From positions 1 through 64,000 of the forward strand of contig CAVUVW010000021.1 of assembly GCA_963745035.1 (NCBI GenBank): a stretch of DNA of 64,000 bases. The letters run 5' to 3'. Source of the stretch: an uncultured delta proteobacterium (GTDB lineage: Bacteria > Desulfobacterota > Binatia > UBA9968). The notes beneath the pieces were generated by a model, which worked only from the letters and a program-made list of their open reading frames with translations, did not search any database and was not told the DNA's origin. Positions 51,913-61,251 of the stretch are shown in pieces. Every line of letters begins with the position of its first letter. Position 1 is the stretch's first letter. Made by a program: the position numbers and the translations under genes.

Positions 51913-52911
51913 CTAGCCGCGCAGCTCGGCGTAGTTTTCCACGCGAAGCTTGCGCGCGCCGCTTTGCAGCTCTTGAATTAGTTCTAGAACTTTTCGGCAA
52001 AGCGGGGTCGGAACACCGCGGTTTTCTCCCTCGCGGACGACATAGCCGAGAGTGAAATCCGCCTCGGTAGGGATGCCTTTTTTGATCTGATTGAGCGGGC
52101 CTTTGCGGTCGTCGGGCTTCCACGAGCGCGCGAATCGGTCCAATGCGGCGAGCCGCTGATCGATCGGCTTGCCCGGATGAAAATCCGGCGGATTGTACTC
52201 GGCCAGCGGGAGCCAGCGGACGCCCAGCGCCGCGCCGACGCTGACCACTTCGGCGAAAAAATCCGCAAGATTGCGCCGCGCCGCCTCGTCCGCGCACGTC
52301 GCGGCAAGCGATGCGTCGGCCAAAGAGCCGTAGTAGCCGAGGCAGGTATACGTGAGCTTGCTCCAGAGCACGCCGAGAATATTGTCGGAGATCTCGGTTT
52401 CCATGACCGTGTTGAAAAGTCTGTGCAGCCCTTCCAGGCGCGGCGTAGGCCGGCCGTGCAAGTGGCCGATATACAAGTGACCGCGAATCGCCGTTTGCAC
52501 GCGCCCGGGCGCGAGCTTGCGGCAGCCCATGCGGATCGCCATGCCGACGGCGCGCTCCGGTCCGACTTTCTCTTCCAGCAGCGGCGGGTTGATACCGTTT
52601 TGCATCGACACCAGCGTACCATCGCTATCGATATGTGTCAGGGCGGTGGCGAGGGCGGCGGGTGTGTAGTTCGAACGTACGGCGATCAAAACAGTGTCGT
52701 ACTTGCCCTGGAGTTCTTCGGGAAAAGCGATCTTGATCTTGACGTTGAACGGCCCGTCGGGAACATCGACTTGCAGGCCTTTCTCGCGGATCGCCGCGAT
52801 GTGCTCCTTATCGATGTCGACGAAGGTCATGTCGCTGCCGGCGCGCGCGAGCCTGCCGCCGATAATGCCGCCGATTGGTCCGGCGCCGATCACGAGAATG
52901 CGCTCGCTCAT
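51913..52911 (-). CDS. Ketopantoate reductase (PanE/ApbA)-family oxidoreductase
   Basis: ILVIGAGPIGG, SMQNG, WSKL, TEAD...G.VVR.G...GVPTP. Confidence 0.85.
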   Translation of the reverse strand: MSERILVIGAGPIGGIIGGRLARAGSDMTFVDIDKEHIAAIREKGLQVDVPDGPFNVKIKIAFPEELQGKYDTVLIAVRSNYTPAALATALTHIDSDGTLVSMQNGINPPLLEEKVGPERAVGMAIRMGCRKLAPGRVQTAIRGHLYIGHLHGRPTPRLEGLHRLFNTVMETEISDNILGVLWSKLTYTCLGYYGSLADASLAATCADEAARRNLADFFAEVVSVGAALGVRWLPLAEYNPPDFHPGKPIDQRLAALDRFARSWKPDDRKGPLNQIKKGIPTEADFTLGYVVREGENRGVPTPLCRKVLELIQELQSGARKLRVENYAELRG

Positions 52912-53079
52912 GGGTTTCCTCCTTGGAACAGCGCCAACATATGCGATGGTTCGGACACGGTCAACGTGGACAGTCTGACGTTCAATGAGCCACAAATCGA
53001 CCGCGCGCCGGCTTGAAGAATTTGCACGTGTGGCATAAGTAGGCGGAGCGCGTCGCTCTGGCGCTCGGGAGGAGAAACC

Positions 53080-54057
53080 ATGAGAAAGATGTTCTTTGTC
53101 CTTGTGCTTTCACTGGTGGTCGCGACACAGGCGCTCGCGGCTGATCGGGTGCGCATCGGCTACAGTTCCATCAGCGGCGCCTATACACCGATCTGGGTGG
53201 CGCATGAGGCCGGGCACTTCGCCAAGGAAGGATTGCAGGACGATATCATTCTCATCCCCAGCGGCACCCAGCTTGCACAGGTGACCGTGGCGGGCGAAAT
53301 CGACATCGGCTCGCTCAACGGCAGCTCGGCGATTGCCGCGGCATTGCAAGGGGCGGACCTGAAAATCATCGGCAACTCGGGCAACAAGATGGTGTTTTCG
53401 CTCTACGTCCGCCCGGAAATCAAAAGCGTCGAGCAACTCAGAGGGAAACGGATCGGCATCACCCGATTCGGCTCGGCGCCCGACATTTCGGTGCGCTACG
53501 CGCTGCGCAAAATGAATATCAATCCGGACAAGGACGTGACCTTGATTCAGTTAGGCTTCATGGCGACCGTAGCGGCGGGTTTGCAGGGCGGCTCCATCGA
53601 AGGGGGCGTGGTTTCCCCGCCGACCCAGTTCGCCATCGACAAAGCCGGCTTCAGAGAATTGATCAATATCACCGATATGGACTTCGCCTTTCCCAATCCG
53701 GCGTTGGTGGCGGTGGGTTCGATCATTCGCAGCAAGCCGGACGTGATCAACCGCTTTATGCGCGCGTATGCTCGCGGCATGCACCGCGCGCGCACCGACC
53801 GCGAGTTCACCTATAAAGCTCTGGCGAAGTACACCAAGATCCAGGACACCTCGGTGCTGCAAAAGGCTTATGACTACTACATGAGCAAGGTTTTGGAGAA
53901 GACGCCGTCGATCAACATCGCCGGCGTGCAGAACGTGTTGGACGATTTGGTAAAAACGGTTCCGGCCGCCAAGAACTCTAAACCCGAGCAGTTCGTCGAT
54001 ATGCGGTTTCTCGACGCCCTGGAGAAAGGTGGCTTGATGAAGGAGCTGTATCCGTAG
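53080..54057 (+). CDS. ABC substrate-binding protein, NitT/TauT-like
   Basis: Signal peptide; RIGYSSISG, G.F.KEGL, LRGKRIGITRFGS, FVD.RFL; GGAGGAG RBS. Confidence 0.85.
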   Translation: MRKMFFVLVLSLVVATQALAADRVRIGYSSISGAYTPIWVAHEAGHFAKEGLQDDIILIPSGTQLAQVTVAGEIDIGSLNGSSAIAAALQGADLKIIGNSGNKMVFSLYVRPEIKSVEQLRGKRIGITRFGSAPDISVRYALRKMNINPDKDVTLIQLGFMATVAAGLQGGSIEGGVVSPPTQFAIDKAGFRELINITDMDFAFPNPALVAVGSIIRSKPDVINRFMRAYARGMHRARTDREFTYKALAKYTKIQDTSVLQKAYDYYMSKVLEKTPSINIAGVQNVLDDLVKTVPAAKNSKPEQFVDMRFLDALEKGGLMKELYP

Positions 54058-54068
54058 AACTGCCTGTC

Positions 54069-54096
54069 CGTAGGGCGACCGCCAGTCGCCCCTACG
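54069..54096. repeat. GTAG-type REP-like palindrome
   Basis: CGTAGGGCGAC-CGCCA-GTCGCCCCTACG between convergent genes. Confidence 0.65.
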
Positions 54097-54113
54097 ACAC
54101 TCACGCCGTCAAT

Positions 54114-54926
54114 CTACGTAGACAGAAAATCTGCAATCAACTTTGCGGTTTCGTCGGGCTTCTCCACGTGGGCGCTATGGCCGGCGCCCGGAACGACCGC
54201 GAGCTTCGCGTTCGGGGTGCGTGCCGCGTACAACTCGCCGTGTGCGCGTGGCACGAAATTGTCTTTCTCGCCCCAGACGACGAGCGCCGGCGACGAGACG
54301 CGATGCAGGCGGTTGCGCAGCGAGTAGTTGTAAAAATAGGGCGGCTTGAAACCAATGCGCGAGCTTAATCGGAGCATCTGGTAGCGGCGCACTTCGTCTT
54401 CGATCTCGCCTTTGCCGTCGGGAAATAGAGCGAGCGCATTAGGCTCATCGGCGCGCGCGAACAGCATCTCCCGCAAAGACGCATAGCTGGAGCCGTACTC
54501 GGGTTGGGCGTTCATGAAGACATCGCCGATCAGCGCGCCTTCGACGAACAGGCCAGCGGCGCCGATCAACACCAGTTTGCGAATCTTTTCCGGGTGGCGG
54601 ACGGCGAGCTCGGCGGCGATCCAGCCGCCGACGCAGCTGCCGACGAGATCGAAGCGCGAGAGCTTCAAGACATCGAGCACTTCGAGATAATGAAAAACCA
54701 CGTCTTCGATGGCGTCGATATCCTTGTTTTCATCGGTCAGAGCGCAGCCGGGATGAGCCGGCGCGATGACCCGCGCGCGCTCGGATAATTTCTCATGAAA
54801 CGGTAGCCAGCTTTCTTTGACCGAATGGACATCGGCGAAACCGTGCAGATAGAGCAGCGGGTTGCCTTCGCCGTGTTCGAACACCTGGACCTTGCGCCCG
54901 TTGACCTCGACGATGTTGCCGCTCAA
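54114..54926 (-). CDS. Alpha/beta hydrolase with Cys at the nucleophile elbow
   Basis: PLLYLHG, HPG, LVGSCVGGW.AAE, WGEKD, AGH..H.EKP; TTG start overlaps the LLM stop. Confidence 0.82.
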   Translation of the reverse strand: MSGNIVEVNGRKVQVFEHGEGNPLLYLHGFADVHSVKESWLPFHEKLSERARVIAPAHPGCALTDENKDIDAIEDVVFHYLEVLDVLKLSRFDLVGSCVGGWIAAELAVRHPEKIRKLVLIGAAGLFVEGALIGDVFMNAQPEYGSSYASLREMLFARADEPNALALFPDGKGEIEDEVRRYQMLRLSSRIGFKPPYFYNYSLRNRLHRVSSPALVVWGEKDNFVPRAHGELYAARTPNAKLAVVPGAGHSAHVEKPDETAKLIADFLST

Positions 54927-56167
54927 TGGACCGCCTCCGACGCCGGCTCGACGCTCACGCCGGGATATTCCCGGCTGAACTGCGCCAGCGATTGGTGCCG
55001 CAGCGCCGGCGCGACCTGCTCGGCGAAGAGCTTCATGCTTTTGCGCGCGAGCTGATCGGGCATGTTGCCGAGTTGAAATTGGATCAACAAGTTGCCGACC
55101 TTGGCTTTCTCGATCAGATTCTGAATGCGCCGGGTGACCGTCTCCGGACTGCCGACGATGATCGACTGCGAGGCGTCGAGCTCGTCCCAATTTTCCACGT
55201 CGCCCAAGAGCTTGCGCCCGGGCTGGTAGCCTTTGAGATATTCGCGCCACGCCGCCGCGGGAATGTACGGCACGCCGGGGCCGTAGGTGAGCTGGCGGCC
55301 TTCGCGGCGCAGATGACCCTTGAGACAATTTTTCAGAAAGTACCAGACGCCTTCTTCGCATTCCTCGCGCGCCTGGCGGTCGGTCTCGGCGACGTAGGTG
55401 GACATCAGGATGCCGAAGCGAAACGGCTGGTACTTGTCGCCGTGGTTTTCCAGCACCTTGGCAAATTCCTGCTGCGCCCGGTGGGTCTCGCCACCGTGGC
55501 TGCGCGAGGAAAGAAAATAGCAATAGCCGCGCTTGGCGACTTCGGTCATGGTCGCGGGACTGCGCGAGCCGGGGATCCACACCGGCGGAAACGGTTTCTG
55601 CAGCGGCTTGGGCCAGAGATTGACGTAGCGCAGCGGAAAGTAGCGGCCTTCGTGGGCAAAGGGGCCGTCCTCGGTCCACGAGCGCACGATCAAGTCCGCC
55701 GCTTCCCAAAATTTTTCCCGGGTGTTGGCCGACGGCACGTCGTAATTAAAGGTTTCCGGTCCGCCGCCGGGCGCGAAGCCGGCGATCAAGCGGCCGTCGC
55801 TCATCTGGTCGAGCATGGCGTACTCTTCGGCCACGCGCATCGGATTCAAATGCAGCGGCAGCAGGTTGCCGAGGATGACGATCTTGCCGCGGCTGGTGCA
55901 TTGCGACAACGCAGCGGCGATCAGGTTGGGCGAGGGCATCAAGCCGTAAATATTTTGATGGTGCTCGTTGAGCACCATGCCGTCGAAGCCGAGCTCGTCG
56001 GCGTAGGCGAGCTGGTCGATATATTCCTGATACAGACCGCGCGCCTTGCGATTGTCCCATAAACGATTGGGCACGGTGACCCAGCCGCTGTATTCCTTCT
56101 CGTCGAAGTCTTTGCCGAGATAGGGATAGGCCATGAAATGCCAGCAGAAAAGTTGCACCGGTTTCAT
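54923..56167 (-). CDS. LLM-class flavin-dependent oxidoreductase
   Basis: ADELGFDG..LNEHH, MPSPNL, P.RVAEE.AMLD.MS.GRL, WPKPLQKP.PP.W, IVGSPETV. Confidence 0.9.
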   Translation of the reverse strand: MKPVQLFCWHFMAYPYLGKDFDEKEYSGWVTVPNRLWDNRKARGLYQEYIDQLAYADELGFDGMVLNEHHQNIYGLMPSPNLIAAALSQCTSRGKIVILGNLLPLHLNPMRVAEEYAMLDQMSDGRLIAGFAPGGGPETFNYDVPSANTREKFWEAADLIVRSWTEDGPFAHEGRYFPLRYVNLWPKPLQKPFPPVWIPGSRSPATMTEVAKRGYCYFLSSRSHGGETHRAQQEFAKVLENHGDKYQPFRFGILMSTYVAETDRQAREECEEGVWYFLKNCLKGHLRREGRQLTYGPGVPYIPAAAWREYLKGYQPGRKLLGDVENWDELDASQSIIVGSPETVTRRIQNLIEKAKVGNLLIQFQLGNMPDQLARKSMKLFAEQVAPALRHQSLAQFSREYPGVSVEPASEAVH

Positions 56168-56375
56168 CGTTCACCTCGGAAAACTGGGGTTAGACCAGCG
56201 GGCGCCGTTGCCGGCGAGATTTGTCGGACTATAACTGTATTGGTCGGCGGAGCGCAACCGATGGCGCGCGCTGAGTGCACCGCGAGAGAAAATTCATTTT
56301 CGCGATGCGCAAGCGCGCTCCGGCTCTCGCAATAGCGCGGCGGGCACAGGTAAAATCTGCGGCATTCGAAAAGTC

Positions 56376-58082
56376 ATGAAGCCTATGTGGAAAAAATTGG
56401 CCTGGATCGCGGCGTTGATGTTCGGAGCCGGTTGCGGCGGAACTGAGGTGGATTTCGCCCGCTCGCTGGCGGTGAAGGCGCCGGCGGACTTGGTCTTGCG
56501 CGGCGGCAAGATCGTCACCGTCGACAAAAATTTTTCGATTCGTGAGGCGATCGCGATCAAAGACGGGCGCTTCCTCGCCGTGGGCAGCGAGCGCGACGTC
56601 CGACCGCTTGTCGGGCCGAGCACACGGGTGATCGATCTCGCCGGCCGGACCGTGATCCCGGGGCTGATCGACGCGCGCATCCATGCGACGGCGGCGTGCA
56701 TGAATTGGAATGCCGAGCTTCACTGGCAGTCCACGCGCACGCTTGCCGACGCGCTCAATCAGATCGCCGCCGCGACCAAGATCAGGGCGCGCGGAAGCTG
56801 GATCGTCGCCGGTGGCGGCTGGGTGCCGACGCAATTTCCCGAGCGGCGTTTTCCCACGCGCGCGGATCTGGACGCGGTCGCGCCCGATCATCCGGTTTAC
56901 GTTCAATATTTGAACGAGGGAGCGCTCTTGAACGGCGCGGCGCTTGCGGCTCTGGGCATCGATCGCGCCACACCCGATCCGGCGGGCGGGAAATTCGAGC
57001 GCGATCCGAAAAGCGGCGAGCTCAGCGGTTGGCTGCAAGGCGAGCCCGCCTGGCGTTTCGCCTACGACAAGATTCCGCGGCCCAGCCTCGATGCGGCGCG
57101 CCAGAGTTTGCGGAGCTGTTTTCGCGAGCTCGCCGGTCTCGGGGTTACCTCGATAGGCGACGTGCAGCCGCGCGCCGTCACGTTCGCCCATCGCAGAGTG
57201 CTGGCCGGCTTGGCGCGCTCAGGGGAGGTGCCGCTGCGCATCCATTTTTACGTCGGCCTCGATGGCGCGCGCGATGACATGGAACGATTAAAGCTCGTGG
57301 CCGAGGAGATCAAGAGTCTCGGATCACACGAGTTGCTTCGTTTCGACGGTTTTGCCTGGACGCGAACCGGCGCGGCGCCGGCGGACGGCGCGGTGAAGGA
57401 GAGGTTTCTTGGTGCCGCGCGGTTTTTCGCGGAAAACGGCCACAATTTTCACGTAACCGCCGACGACGACGGCGCGGCGCGGCCGCTGCTCGACGCGCTC
57501 GAAGAGATTCACGTAGTCATTCCCTTTGCGCGCCATCGCATCGTCTTTGCCGGGCTCGACGACGCCGCGCCCGAAACCATCGAGCGCATCAAAAAACTGG
57601 GCGGCGCAATCGCGGTGCAGAGCCGCATGGCGCTTTCCGGCGAGCGCAACGTCGAGCGCTGGGGGCTCGAAAAAACGCGCAATGCGCCGCCGTTGCGCGC
57701 GCTGCTCGAATCGGCTATCCCGGTGGGCGTCGGCAGCGGCGCGTTTCGCACGGCGAGTTATGCGCCGATGCTGTCGCTCTGGTGGCTGGTCACCGGCAAG
57801 ACCGTCGCTGGCTTGGTGCTGCGCAGCCCGAGCCAGAATCTGACGCGCGCCGAAGCTCTGCGCCTGCACACCATGGGCGGCGCCTGGCTGACTCTGGAAG
57901 AGGGCCGGAAGGGATCGATAGAAGTCGGCAAGTACGCCGATCTTGCGGTGCTGAGCGCGGACTATCTCACAGTGCCGGAAGAGCATATCCGCTCGCTCCA
58001 GTCGCTGCTCACTATCGTCGGTGGGCGGATCGTCCATGCAGCCGGTCCGTTCGATCCGTCGGCGCCCAAGGAGCGGCGATAA
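56376..58082 (+). CDS. Amidohydrolase_3 (YtcJ/NfdA-like) lipoprotein with degenerate metal site
   Basis: FGAGC lipobox-like signal; ADLVL.GGKI.T.D, IDL.GRTVIPGLID, KGSIEVGK.ADLAVLS.DY, T.VGG..V; most metal ligands altered. Confidence 0.8.
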   Translation: MKPMWKKLAWIAALMFGAGCGGTEVDFARSLAVKAPADLVLRGGKIVTVDKNFSIREAIAIKDGRFLAVGSERDVRPLVGPSTRVIDLAGRTVIPGLIDARIHATAACMNWNAELHWQSTRTLADALNQIAAATKIRARGSWIVAGGGWVPTQFPERRFPTRADLDAVAPDHPVYVQYLNEGALLNGAALAALGIDRATPDPAGGKFERDPKSGELSGWLQGEPAWRFAYDKIPRPSLDAARQSLRSCFRELAGLGVTSIGDVQPRAVTFAHRRVLAGLARSGEVPLRIHFYVGLDGARDDMERLKLVAEEIKSLGSHELLRFDGFAWTRTGAAPADGAVKERFLGAARFFAENGHNFHVTADDDGAARPLLDALEEIHVVIPFARHRIVFAGLDDAAPETIERIKKLGGAIAVQSRMALSGERNVERWGLEKTRNAPPLRALLESAIPVGVGSGAFRTASYAPMLSLWWLVTGKTVAGLVLRSPSQNLTRAEALRLHTMGGAWLTLEEGRKGSIEVGKYADLAVLSADYLTVPEEHIRSLQSLLTIVGGRIVHAAGPFDPSAPKERR

Positions 58083-58091
58083 AAGGAGGCG

Positions 58092-59054
58092 ATGATGCAA
58101 TCAAGGACGATCGCGCTCGGCGCGCGACTGATGCTCGCGGCGTTGCTGTTTATCGCTTGGCGCGCCGGCGCGGCGGCGGCGGAGCGCTTCTACATCAGCA
58201 TTCCCGGCCCGACGTTGAGCTATGTGCCGCTTTACTATGGCCAGGAAAAAGGATTTTTCGCGCAGGAGGGTTTGGACCTCCAGGTTCTCGTGGTGCGCGG
58301 CATCGTCGGCGTGAGCAGCCTCATGTCCGGTGAGATCGACGTCACCTGCCATGCCGGCAGCGGCTTCTCGGCGGCCCTGCGCGGCGTGCCGGTGAAAGTC
58401 ATCTCCGTCACGCGCGACCGGCCGATCCATGAGCTGGTCGTCGCGCCGGCGGCAAATTCATCGGCGGAGCTCAAAGGCAAAGCGATCGCCGTCGGTTCGC
58501 TCGACGGCACGGCGGCGATCATGACCCGGCGGATTCTCAACGCCAAGGGACTTGACGCGCAAAAGGACGTCAATCTGCTCAGCATGGATACGCCGGCGCG
58601 TCTGCAGTCGCTGTTTTCCGGCAGAGTCGCCGGCGCCATGATGACGCCGCCGGCGATCTATCTCGCGGAGGAGAAGGGCTATAAGATTTTTGGCCGCGGG
58701 CGCGATTACATGCGCTATCTTCAGACCGGCGTGGTCTCGACCGATAGCCACATCAAGCAGCGGCGCGACAAGCTGCTGCGATTTCTCCGGGCGTGGAACC
58801 GCGGGCTCAAAGCCTACCAGGAAAGTCCCGAGGTCATGATTCCCTACCTGCAAAAGCGTCTCGGCATCAAAGACGCGCAGGAGGCGCGCCGTATGTATCA
58901 GGACGATGCGCCTTTCGTTCTCGACGGCGGACGGCTAAGCGCCGAGGCGGCGAAGGAAATCATCGAAATCGGCCGCGAAGCGCTGCGCATCAAAGAGCCG
59001 GTTCCGGCCGAGAAGATTTTCGATTTTTCGCTGGCGACCGAGGCGATGAAGTAA
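58092..59054 (+). CDS. ABC substrate-binding protein, NitT/TauT-like
   Basis: Signal peptide; KGFFAQEGLD, SGEID, LKGKAIAV, FDFSL; AGGAGG RBS. Confidence 0.85.
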   Translation: MMQSRTIALGARLMLAALLFIAWRAGAAAAERFYISIPGPTLSYVPLYYGQEKGFFAQEGLDLQVLVVRGIVGVSSLMSGEIDVTCHAGSGFSAALRGVPVKVISVTRDRPIHELVVAPAANSSAELKGKAIAVGSLDGTAAIMTRRILNAKGLDAQKDVNLLSMDTPARLQSLFSGRVAGAMMTPPAIYLAEEKGYKIFGRGRDYMRYLQTGVVSTDSHIKQRRDKLLRFLRAWNRGLKAYQESPEVMIPYLQKRLGIKDAQEARRMYQDDAPFVLDGGRLSAEAAKEIIEIGREALRIKEPVPAEKIFDFSLATEAMK

Positions 59055-59230
59055 GCGCGGGCGCGGCGCCGATTTGCTGTTTGCGCTCAGCTGCTGAGAG
59101 GGATTCGAAATGCTTCGCGTGCCTCAGATGAACCGGCATCCTCTGCGTTTCTCGCTTCGATAAACTCAGGCAGGCCTCTGCTCGAAGGACCCAAAACCGC
59201 AACCTGGTCGACCCAAACCGAACAAACAGG

Positions 59231-59292
59231 TCGAGGATGGAGGATCGGATGATCGAGGATCATCCGGTTCCATCCTCTATTCTCCGTCCTCG
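59231..59292. repeat. Inverted pair of GAGGAT(G/C) heptamer arrays
   Basis: gaggatg gaggatc ggatgatc gaggatc ... catcctc tattctc cgtcctc. Confidence 0.65.
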
Positions 59293-59393
59293 GCTCGTAT
59301 CCCGGCTTTCGGTCTGAAGCCGGATGTGTCACTTCGCGGGCCGCTCGCAAAGGCGCGCGCGACTTCGTAGTTCTGGACCAGCGGAGGCAAGCG

Positions 59394-60812
59394 ATGAGCT
59401 ACAAAGACGTGCGGGGATGGATCGAACAGGTTGACGCGATGGGCGAGCTCAAAACCATTCACGGCGCCGACTGGAATCTCGAAATCGGCGCGTTGTCGGT
59501 GCTTGCCTCGAAGCACAAAGAAAACAGTCCCGCGCTGCTGTTTGATCGGATCAAGGACTATCCGGTGGGGTATCGCATCCTGGTCGGCTTTTTCGAAAGC
59601 CTCAAGCGCTCGGCGCTCACGACCAATTTGCCGCTCGACATCACCCGAGAAGGGTTCATTCAAGCATGGCGCCAGCGCCTGGCGACGCCTGAATCGATTC
59701 CGCCGACGACGGTCGCAACGGGACCGGTACTGGAGAATGTGGTCACGGGCGATGATATCGATCTTTTCAAGTTTCCGGTACCGCGCTGGCACGAGCGCGA
59801 CGGCGGCCGCTATATCGGCACCGGCCACGTGGTCATCACGCGCGATCCGGACGAGGGCTGGGTAAACGTCGGCTGCTACCGGGTCATGGTTCACGACCGG
59901 AACACGATGGGCATGAATATCTCGCCCGGCAAGCACGGGCGCATGCACCGGCAGAAATATTTCGATCGGGGCAAGCCGTGTCCGGTGGTCTGCTGCTTCG
60001 GCGTCGATCCGCTTCTGCACATGATCGCCACTCGCCCGGAGCCCTACGGCCGGAGTGAATTCGATGCCGTAGGCGGCATCAAAGGCGAGCCGGTCGAGGT
60101 GATTCTCGGGGAATACACCGGGCTGCCGATTCCGGCATACGCCGAGATCGCCGTCGAGGGAGAATTCTTGCCGGACCAGGGCAGGGAGGAAGGACCGTTC
60201 AGCGAATGGACCGGCTACTATGCGAGCGGCGAAAAGCTCGAGCCGCTAATCCGCGTCCACCGCCTGTATCACAGAGACGATCCGATCATCACCGCGTCGC
60301 CGGAATATCGTCCGACGGCGCGCGCGGAGCATTGCTACGAGCTGTTGCGCGCCGCCTATATTCGCGATCAGGTCGAGAAAGCCGGCGTGCCGGATGTCGC
60401 CGGGGTAGCGAGCTATTTCCGGCGCTTTCTGACCGTGATCTCGATCCGCCAGCGCTATCCCGGCCACTCGCGCCAAGCCGGCCTGATCGCAAGCCAATGT
60501 CAAGGTGCGGCCTACTTGGGGCGTTACGTCGTCGTGGTCGACGACGACATCGACGTCTACGACATCAGCGATGTTTTATGGGCGATGTGCAGCCGCGCTG
60601 ACCCGGTCGACTCCGCCGAAATCCTGCGGCGCTGCTGGAGCGGTCCGCTCGACCCGATCATCCCGCGCGAGCGCAAGGGCTTTAGCTCACGCATGATTAT
60701 CGACGCCTGCCGTCCGTTCGAGTGGCGCGACCGCTTTCCCCCGGCGGCGGAGATCAGCGCCGAACGGCGCAAGGCGGTGATCAAGAAATGGCGCAATGAG
60801 TTGTTTGAGTGA
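59394..60812 (+). CDS. UbiD-family (prFMN-dependent) decarboxylase
   Basis: DW.LEIGA, PALLFD.IK.Y, DGGRYIGT, NVG.YR, EI..EG, EGPFSEWTGYY, VVVVDDDID, IIDACRP. Confidence 0.92.
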   Translation: MSYKDVRGWIEQVDAMGELKTIHGADWNLEIGALSVLASKHKENSPALLFDRIKDYPVGYRILVGFFESLKRSALTTNLPLDITREGFIQAWRQRLATPESIPPTTVATGPVLENVVTGDDIDLFKFPVPRWHERDGGRYIGTGHVVITRDPDEGWVNVGCYRVMVHDRNTMGMNISPGKHGRMHRQKYFDRGKPCPVVCCFGVDPLLHMIATRPEPYGRSEFDAVGGIKGEPVEVILGEYTGLPIPAYAEIAVEGEFLPDQGREEGPFSEWTGYYASGEKLEPLIRVHRLYHRDDPIITASPEYRPTARAEHCYELLRAAYIRDQVEKAGVPDVAGVASYFRRFLTVISIRQRYPGHSRQAGLIASQCQGAAYLGRYVVVVDDDIDVYDISDVLWAMCSRADPVDSAEILRRCWSGPLDPIIPRERKGFSSRMIIDACRPFEWRDRFPPAAEISAERRKAVIKKWRNELFE

Positions 60813-60835
60813 CGGGAATGGGTCGGGAACCTAGC

Positions 60836-60870
60836 GCGAGGCCCGAGCTAGGTGCTCGGGCCTCGCTACC
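60836..60870. repeat. REP-like hairpin (starts GTAG on the minus strand)
   Basis: GCGAGGCCCGAGC-TAGGT-GCTCGGGCCTCGC-TAC. Confidence 0.55.
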
Positions 60871-60920
60871 TTCCGAAGCTGCGTTGTCCCGGTGTGGTGA
60901 AGGATTCGGTCTAACTGAGT

Positions 60921-60954
60921 TTTAAAAAACGGCCAGGCTCTTTCGAGCCTGGCC
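60921..60954 (-). terminator. Rho-independent terminator
   Basis: Minus strand GGCCAGGCTC-GAAA-GAGCCTGGCC-GTTTTTT. Confidence 0.8.
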
Positions 60955-61047
60955 TGTGGCCACTGAACGTGACGGGGGGCTCAGTGGCCGGCCGCTGTCC
61001 CGTGGGAGCTGTGCTGAAGGAGGCAGCGCGGGACGCGGCGAATCGAA

Positions 61048-61251
61048 CTAGTTGAGCTTGCAGCGGTCGGGAGCCCGGAAAAATTTTGCCCTGTGCAGGC
61101 GCCGTTGCAAGTACGTATCTTTCGGCCAGTCCCAATTGCGGCCGGGCAGGGCCTCGCCATTGTAAGCTGCACCGTTTACCTTGCTCTGCATGAAGACAAG
61201 TTGCCAATAGCTTGGTTTCTCGTTTTCCGTTTCCGTCGTTTTCACTTCCAT
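61048..61251 (-). CDS. Small hypothetical protein (67 aa)
   Basis: GGAGGA directly before the ATG of MEVKTTETENEKPSYWQL...DRCKLN; followed by hairpins and a terminator. Start uncertain (a longer ORF begins at 61365). Confidence 0.45.
   Translation of the reverse strand: MEVKTTETENEKPSYWQLVFMQSKVNGAAYNGEALPGRNWDWPKDTYLQRRLHRAKFFRAPDRCKLN

Noticed and set aside
50121-51913. Prophage or integrative element
   Set aside because: No integrase, transposase, att-like direct repeats or tRNA target; only gene remnants.
54114-55709. 531-aa hydrolase fusion ORF
   Set aside because: The first half is an alternate frame of the LLM gene; the hydrolase begins near 54926.
59151-59190. Degenerate REP-like sequence CTTCGATAAACTCAGG...CTCGAAGG (similar piece at 11948-11965)
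   Set aside because: Too degraded to define boundaries or confirm as a repeat from this window alone.
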